Shown here in pieces: positions 58,181-64,000 of a stretch of 64,000 nucleotides of DNA. Position numbers and translations under genes: made by a program. The stretch covers positions 5,024,001 to 5,088,000 of the forward strand of contig CBDFLE010000006.1 of assembly GCA_965248925.1 (NCBI GenBank), in the 5' to 3' direction. Under the pieces are notes generated by a model, which was given only the letters and a program-made list of their open reading frames with translations, ran no database searches and was not told the origin of the DNA. Numbering within the stretch: position 1 is the stretch's first letter; every line of letters starts with the position of its first letter. Source of the stretch: Candidatus Multivoradales bacterium. GTDB lineage: Bacteria; Acidobacteriota; Thermoanaerobaculia; Multivoradales; J023.

Positions 58181-60711
58181 CCAGAACTCCTGACATACCC
58201 TTTTTCTCAAATGTCCGGTTGAGCCTCTCCGGAGGTGTTCCGAGGCCCTGGGAAGGCCAGGCTCCGGGGTGGCGCCTTCTTGATCGCGAACCGCATCCGT
58301 AGCTCGGTGCCGGGGAAGTGGGTGGCGGTAGCGTTGAGTTCTTCGCAGACGGCGGCGATCGCCGCCGTCTTGTGGGGAGAGCTGAGCGGGTCGATGGAAA
58401 GGAGCAGCACGGTGTCGGTAACCTCCATATCGCCGCCGGCCGCGAAAGCGCTTTGGATCAGGGTGCGTCCCTCCTGCTCGGTGCGGCGGTAGTGGGGTGA
58501 TAGGAGCCGGAGAAGATCACCTTCGGCCTGGTAGGCGACCATCTTGAGAATATCGGTGAGGTGCTTGCGCTCGACGGACAGCTTGATGACATCCGCTTCG
58601 ACGACCTCTTGGACGGGGACGCGGACGGGGAGGGTCGCGCGCTGGTTCTCGAGTTCGGTGATCTGCTCTATCGCTGCCCGGACCCTGGCGGAGATGGCGG
58701 CGTTGGCGATCTTGAATCCGCGCATCGTGCGCCGCCGATCCTCGCGGTTTTCAAGAGCAGCGATCCCGATGTGGGCCCGGAGCTGCTCGAGATGTGCGTG
58801 AGCTTTGCGCAGCTCTGCATTGATCTTGCCGCGCTCGGGATTCGGCACATCGCGGGCGGCGTCCGCTGGCTCGGTGCCATAGTCCACCAGGGCATCGAGT
58901 GCGAATTCTTCGCGCAGGTATTTGAAGAAGTTCTCTTGCCTCCAACGATCGAACATGCGGTAGGCGACCTCGAGTGTGGAGAGGTCGCGGCGGGAGGTGA
59001 TGATGGACGTCTGGTGGCCGTTGTCGCAGAGGCGGGTGACCTGGCGCAGGTACAGCCGCTTGCGCTTCTTCCTCGGGCCATACTCGAGGTAGATACGCTG
59101 ATCGGCGAGGAGGTACTCGAGCTTCCGACCGTGGATCGTGTCCTTGATCTGCCCGAACTTGCTCAACGGCACCGGACGAAAGGGGGCCTTTCGGTATGTG
59201 AGGATGTCGAACTTCTTGGCGATGAGCTTCGCAAACAGCTTCGGGCTCCAACCCCCACGGTCGAAGACGACGGTGACTCGCCGGTCTCCGAGTAGCTTTC
59301 GTACCTCTTCGAGAATGAGGGGAAGCATCGTCGCAAGCCCCTTGTTGGCCTCGGTGGGGACCACGAAGAGAGGCTCGCTCTCAGCATCGTTGACCCAGTA
59401 GTCGGTGGTGGCCGGCATCGCGATCCGCATCCGCGCTACGTGTGTCTTGGGAATCTCTCGGCCACCGTGGTAGGCGCGCACATGCCCGTCCACGTAGAGG
59501 AAGCCCATGGCATGGCCCCTGGTGGCGACCCGGCGCTGAGCGAGGGCGCGACCGAGATCCGCGGCCAGGCCATGCGCGGCCAGCCGAGCGAGCTTGTTGC
59601 GCAAGGTTTTCACTTCCGGCGCTCGGTCGAGCCCGAGAAGCTGACCCAAATGCCGGGGTGAGCGCTCCTTGAGCCCTTCGGGTCGCTTGACCCGCAACAG
59701 TGCCATCAGCAGCAGGGTTACCAGAGTGGTGCGCAGCCCATAGAAGGCCGGCCCGATGCTGCCGTACAGCTCCTGCGCGATGGAGAGCACGCCGCTGTCC
59801 ACCAGGGCGGGAATCGCCAGCAGAGCACCGGCGCCCGGTAGCTGGGTCGCCGCTCCGAAGATCGGCGCCGCATCATCGAGGAATCCCAGCCTCGCCAGCA
59901 GCCGATCGCTGGCGCGATCCGCTGGATCGAGGTCCAGCGAGAGGGGAACCTGATCTTGCTCGGACGCAGAAGCGGACAGTTTTGGGTCCGCAGCCGCTGG
60001 GTCACCGCCACCCTCAGCGTCGAGCGCAAGATCCGCAGTTTTCAGGGGGCCGTCGACCTGCTGCTCATCAGAGGCGGACAGTTTTGGGTCCGCACTCTCG
60101 AAGGGCATCGTCATCTGCACTACCGACCGCTCTTTCCAGCCCAGGCGCTTGGCGAGCTTGCGAACGGCCTTCTCATCGATGCCCAGCCGCCGGCCAATCT
60201 CGCGATTCGACACACCCTCGGCCTTCCAGCCGTTGACCGCGTCCAGGCGGCCCTGCGCTACCCGAGACTGACCCCGGGGAAAACCGCGCGGCCGGCCCAG
60301 AGCAGCCAGCCCACCTTCTTCGAAGCGGCGCTGATTCCGGCGCACAGTCCGCACATCACAAGCGAACGCAAGGGCCACCTCGCGTTGCTGTGCCCAGCCC
60401 AATTCAACGAGACTCACCATCGCGTGGGCCTCGCCTGTCCTGTCGCCGGCAGCGAAGTGAGCGAGCGGCATGCCGCTGACCACCACCACCCGATAGCCGC
60501 CCCTCTGCTGGAGGCGGCAGCGGTCGTTGATCACCACAACCCCATCGGGGACCCCGGCGTGGTCTGGGAACAGGACGGTGTGCTCGCTCGTCAGTGCCAT
60601 GCTCGATCATGCCTCGGCACCGAAAAAAGCGGACAGTTTTGGGTCCGCACCACCTCTGAGGGGCGGTCCTGTGTTTTCAGAGGGTTAGGAGGGGTAGGTC
60701 AGGAGGTCTGG
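58181..60711 (-). mobile_element. Unclassified DDE insertion sequence, 2531 bp
   Basis: IRs CCAGAACTCCTGACATACCC and GGGTAGGTCAGGAGGTCTGG; 3-bp target duplication AGT; removal restores the host reading frame. Confidence 0.9.
58207..60600 (-). CDS. Large (797 aa) DDE transposase with tandem N-terminal HTH domains
   Basis: HTHs (QQREVALAF.CDVRTVRR and SNREIGRRLGIDEKAVRK); catalytic YVDGH, VFDRGG and RWRQENFFK. Confidence 0.88.
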   Translation of the reverse strand: MALTSEHTVLFPDHAGVPDGVVVINDRCRLQQRGGYRVVVVSGMPLAHFAAGDRTGEAHAMVSLVELGWAQQREVALAFACDVRTVRRNQRRFEEGGLAALGRPRGFPRGQSRVAQGRLDAVNGWKAEGVSNREIGRRLGIDEKAVRKLAKRLGWKERSVVQMTMPFESADPKLSASDEQQVDGPLKTADLALDAEGGGDPAAADPKLSASASEQDQVPLSLDLDPADRASDRLLARLGFLDDAAPIFGAATQLPGAGALLAIPALVDSGVLSIAQELYGSIGPAFYGLRTTLVTLLLMALLRVKRPEGLKERSPRHLGQLLGLDRAPEVKTLRNKLARLAAHGLAADLGRALAQRRVATRGHAMGFLYVDGHVRAYHGGREIPKTHVARMRIAMPATTDYWVNDAESEPLFVVPTEANKGLATMLPLILEEVRKLLGDRRVTVVFDRGGWSPKLFAKLIAKKFDILTYRKAPFRPVPLSKFGQIKDTIHGRKLEYLLADQRIYLEYGPRKKRKRLYLRQVTRLCDNGHQTSIITSRRDLSTLEVAYRMFDRWRQENFFKYLREEFALDALVDYGTEPADAARDVPNPERGKINAELRKAHAHLEQLRAHIGIAALENREDRRRTMRGFKIANAAISARVRAAIEQITELENQRATLPVRVPVQEVVEADVIKLSVERKHLTDILKMVAYQAEGDLLRLLSPHYRRTEQEGRTLIQSAFAAGGDMEVTDTVLLLSIDPLSSPHKTAAIAAVCEELNATATHFPGTELRMRFAIKKAPPRSLAFPGPRNTSGEAQPDI

Positions 60712-62478
60712 AGTCTCGCCGCCGATGCCGTTGTCGTTGGCTTGATTGCGCATCAACAGGATGTCATTGAGGGGATTGGGCGACTGTCCGCCGACGCCGA
60801 GGCCGTGGGAATTGTTCCAATCAAAGAGGTTCTCGAGCAGGGTCAGGCGCTGTGAGTTGAACAGCCCGACCGCGCTGCTGAGCATCGGGAAGCGGCAGTC
60901 CGGGGAGTCTTCGTTGCCCAGGCAGCCCCCTTGTTGGGCGATGTCGTAGGCGCCGGTGCTGTGTTGGAAATGCAGGCCGCGGAGCTGCCAGTCGTAGACG
61001 TAGTTCAACCACAGCAGCCGAGGTTGTACGGCGATCTCGACCTTGGCCTGATTCATGTTGACGCCGGGTGGCGGCAGAACGCGAATCGGGCAAGGGGCGG
61101 GTTCGGTGCATAGACCTGAAACCCAACGATTGTTTTCTTGATGATTGTAGCCGCCGTAGCCGACCCCGTCTTCGACCAGAAAGCTGCCCGGATCCATGTC
61201 GGCGGTGGCCTGCTCCTGGCGCAAGGGTTGGCCGTCGATGAAGACCATCTCAGCGCGCCGCATCAGTGGCAGCAGTTCTCCCCAATATGTACTCTTGCGG
61301 GCCAAGCCCCAATCGTGGAGCCAACTTTTCTGGGACGAATCGTTGACATAGAAGGTCTGGGTCGTCGAGGTGGAGGCATGCGCCGGGGTGAAGTAGGTCC
61401 ACAGGTAGTCGCGGGGGGTGGTATCGAACCTGTTGTTGTATCGCAAGATAGGCGCTACCATCGGTGCCGTCCTTGGCGGATATTCTGAAAACTTTATTGA
61501 CCGACGCTGAGTAGCCGAGGGTTGGCAGGTCCGGAATGAACTGGATGTTGACGTCGACCAGGCTCTTCTGCCAGATAGCCCGATTGAATCCTGAACCTTG
61601 CAACAACTCGTTGTGGCTGTTCTCGGTGATGGTGACGTTGTCGGGCAGCCAGACCCCGGACCAATCTTCGGAACCCGAGATCACCGCGCTATGGCGGGTT
61701 ACGGACTCGACCACTACTTGGGCCAGTCCTGGTGGATTGATCACTCGTCCGTCGATGCCGTCATAGCCTTCGCGGTAGGTTCCTTCGCAGACCAGCACGG
61801 TGGTGTTGCGACCGCTTTCTTGGCGGTTGATGGCGGCGTCGATGCCGTCGTTGAATTTACAGAAGGGACCTCCCTGGCTGCCGTCCTGAGTGCCGTTCAC
61901 AGTGCAGCCCGGACCATTGACAAAGAGCACCTCGGACGGCTCCCACGGGCTGACAAAACCCTGGTCACAGACCGAGCACTGCTTGGCGTCGACGTAATTC
62001 GGCCAGCATTGCTCGATCGGGTTACCGAGGTCGATGCATTTGAGGTAGGTCTGCCACAGGTACTTGCCCTTGGCGTTGCTACAGTCGGCCCGCTCGCTCT
62101 CGCACGCCTTCAGGCATTGCAGATCCTCGCTGCCGGTGCCGTAGCTCTGGATGGCAGCCGCCGCGCCGCAGAGTTCGGCGCAGTTGTGCTGCCAAGCGGC
62201 CGCCGGGGTGTTGGCCAGCAAGACGAGGAGGAGCCCGCAGAGGGGCAGGCCGGATAGCAAGAGGGGCTTTCTGGGGGACGGGGGCGAGATCATCGGTATT
62301 CTCCTAAGTGGGTTTTTTCGAGGCGGCTCCACCGCTGCTCGTCTCAATCCACGAGAATTCCGCGAACAGCCTGCCAAAAAAGATTGTCTACAGAGCCAGC
62401 CATGGCGAATGAACACCCACTTCCGGAGGTAGAGTTCGCTAGTGGAGAGTTCACCCAGTTGCCATGGAGAGTACGCAT

Positions 62479-64000
62479 ATGAAAAACACCCAAGAGAGTC
62501 GCCAGCTGCGGATTTGGCCGGCGGTGGTGATCGTCGCCTTGCAGTGGCTGTTAGCCTTCGGCATCGGCGCGGTGGCGCCGGGGACGCCGGCCAAGTTCTT
62601 CGGCATGATGGCCGGTCCACCGCTGGGCTTGCTGCTGCTCTTTGGGTGGTGGATGTTCGCCAGCCGGGCTCCGCGGGGCGAGCGTTGGATGGGTGTCCTG
62701 CTACCGCTGGCGGGGTTTGTGGCGGCTTTTGTCCTGGCCCATCGGTCGGCGACGACGGCGGTCTTTTCTTATGGCATCCCCGTCTTCTGCCTGCTTTTCT
62801 TGCTCTGGTCGGTGCTGGCTCAGCGTTGGCCGGGGCGACGACGGCGGCTCTCATTGATCGCTTTGATCTTGATTTCCACCCTGGGTTGGGCTCTGCTGCG
62901 CAGCGCGGGAGTTGATGGCGACATGGCGATCGATCTTTCCTGGCGCTGGAGTCAGACTGCCGAGCAGCGTCTGTTGGCGGCTGATTTCGAAACCGGCCCG
63001 GCCGTGACCGCCGACGATCCGGCTATTGGTTCAGGCACAGCGGCTTGGCCGGGCTTCAGAGGTGCGGCCCGAGATGGGGTGGTTTCCTCACCGCGTATCG
63101 CCACCAACTGGTCTGCCACACCACCAGAGCAGCTGTGGAAGCAGCCGGTGGGTCCCGGTTGGTCGTCTTTTGCCGTCGCCGGAGAGCTGATCTTCACTCA
63201 GGAGCAACGCGGTGAAGAAGAGATCGTGGTGGCCTACCGGGCGGCCACTGGCGACAAGGTTTGGCAGCACGCGGATTTGGTCCGCTTCTGGGAACCGATG
63301 GCTGGGGCCGGGCCTCGGGCAACGCCACAGATCGAGGGTGGTCGGCTGTTCAGCCTGGGAGCCACCGGCATTCTCAATGCCCTCGATGCCGCAACCGGGT
63401 CGCTGATCTGGTCCCGTGACGTGGCCACGGACAGCGGAGCGGCGGTCCCCGAGTGGGGCTTCGCCAGCTCGCCGCTGCGGATCGACGACCTGGTGGTGAT
63501 CTACACCGGCGCCGGTGATGGCAAGGCGGTGGTGGCCTACGGCGCCGAAGGTGGCGAGCCGAGGTGGTTCGCGGCGGCGGGAGCACCGAGTTACAGCTCT
63601 GTGCACGAGTTGACTTTGCAGGGTGTTCGCCAGTTGTTGATCCTCACCGGTGGCGGTGCCACCAGCCTGGCGCCGGCCGATGGGGCAGTGCTGTGGCAGC
63701 ACGAGTGGCTGGCGGTTCTCGGCGGCGCGCGGATCGTGCAGCCGGTGGTGACCGCCGCTGGAGATGTGTTGATCGGCACCGGTCTCGGCCAGGGGCTGCG
63801 CAGCCTGGCGGTCGAGCATGACGCTGGTGGCTGGCATACTGAGGCGCGTTGGACGAGCAAGAGGCTGAAGCCTTATTTCAACGACTTCGTGGTTCATCGT
63901 GGGCATATCTATGGTTTCGATGACCGCATCATGAGCTGCTTGGATGTCACTAACGGCGAGCGCAGGTGGAAGGGGGGCCGCTACGGCAGTGGCCAGCTGC
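62479..64000 (+). CDS. Membrane protein with PQQ-like beta-propeller repeats (runs off the window end)
   Basis: GGAG RBS, N-terminal TM helices (MKNTQESRQLRIWPAVVIVALQW...), then WPGFRGAARDG, GPGWSSF, GPRATP, LDAATGSLIW and WGFASSP. Confidence 0.88.
   Translation, partial: MKNTQESRQLRIWPAVVIVALQWLLAFGIGAVAPGTPAKFFGMMAGPPLGLLLLFGWWMFASRAPRGERWMGVLLPLAGFVAAFVLAHRSATTAVFSYGIPVFCLLFLLWSVLAQRWPGRRRRLSLIALILISTLGWALLRSAGVDGDMAIDLSWRWSQTAEQRLLAADFETGPAVTADDPAIGSGTAAWPGFRGAARDGVVSSPRIATNWSATPPEQLWKQPVGPGWSSFAVAGELIFTQEQRGEEEIVVAYRAATGDKVWQHADLVRFWEPMAGAGPRATPQIEGGRLFSLGATGILNALDAATGSLIWSRDVATDSGAAVPEWGFASSPLRIDDLVVIYTGAGDGKAVVAYGAEGGEPRWFAAAGAPSYSSVHELTLQGVRQLLILTGGGATSLAPADGAVLWQHEWLAVLGGARIVQPVVTAAGDVLIGTGLGQGLRSLAVEHDAGGWHTEARWTSKRLKPYFNDFVVHRGHIYGFDDRIMSCLDVTNGERRWKGGRYGSGQL

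Larger units (their letters stand above)
56152..62293 (-). pseudogene. Secreted right-handed beta-helix protein with Cys-rich N-terminus, disrupted by two IS insertions and frameshifts
   Basis: Signal peptide from 62293; VCEGTYRE, ISGSEDWS and GNYGNGLWFDYEN..NNQGAGIYFE motifs. Rejoins as GIGGET|LGSARD and VWCINP|QDYQSVIVP*. Frameshifts near 61450, 58070 and 57650. Confidence 0.85.

Overview
GC-rich bacterial accessory region. The gene style (ECF sigma/CHAT/kinase modules, a C-terminal 'LFADGFESG' motif, C25 peptidase, PQQ-like propeller) suggests an Acidobacteriota-like host; this is inference. The left ~14 kb and right ~12 kb are heavily invaded by insertion sequences: a three-level nested IS pile (non-autonomous derivative of an unclassified DDE element > IS21 > IS21), two identical IS4-family copies, an IS1182-like element and an intact 2.5-kb DDE element carrying internal palindromic boxes. 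The middle holds signalling and surface modules: ECF sigma/anti-sigma/TPR-CHAT/S8 protease; Sel1 pseudo-caspase/secreted protein/Calx-beta autotransporter; a dead VapC TA pair; a degenerate thermonuclease plus a GDPH-VWD beta-barrel protein; a TAXI-binding-domain/ion channel/double-RCK fusion followed by a lipoprotein and a small helical protein; a Cys-rich secreted peptide; a C25 peptidase preceded by tandem SD-start-stop mini-ORF repeats; and two ECF sigma/Ser-Thr kinase pairs. No rRNA, tRNA, CRISPR array or reverse transcriptase was seen.
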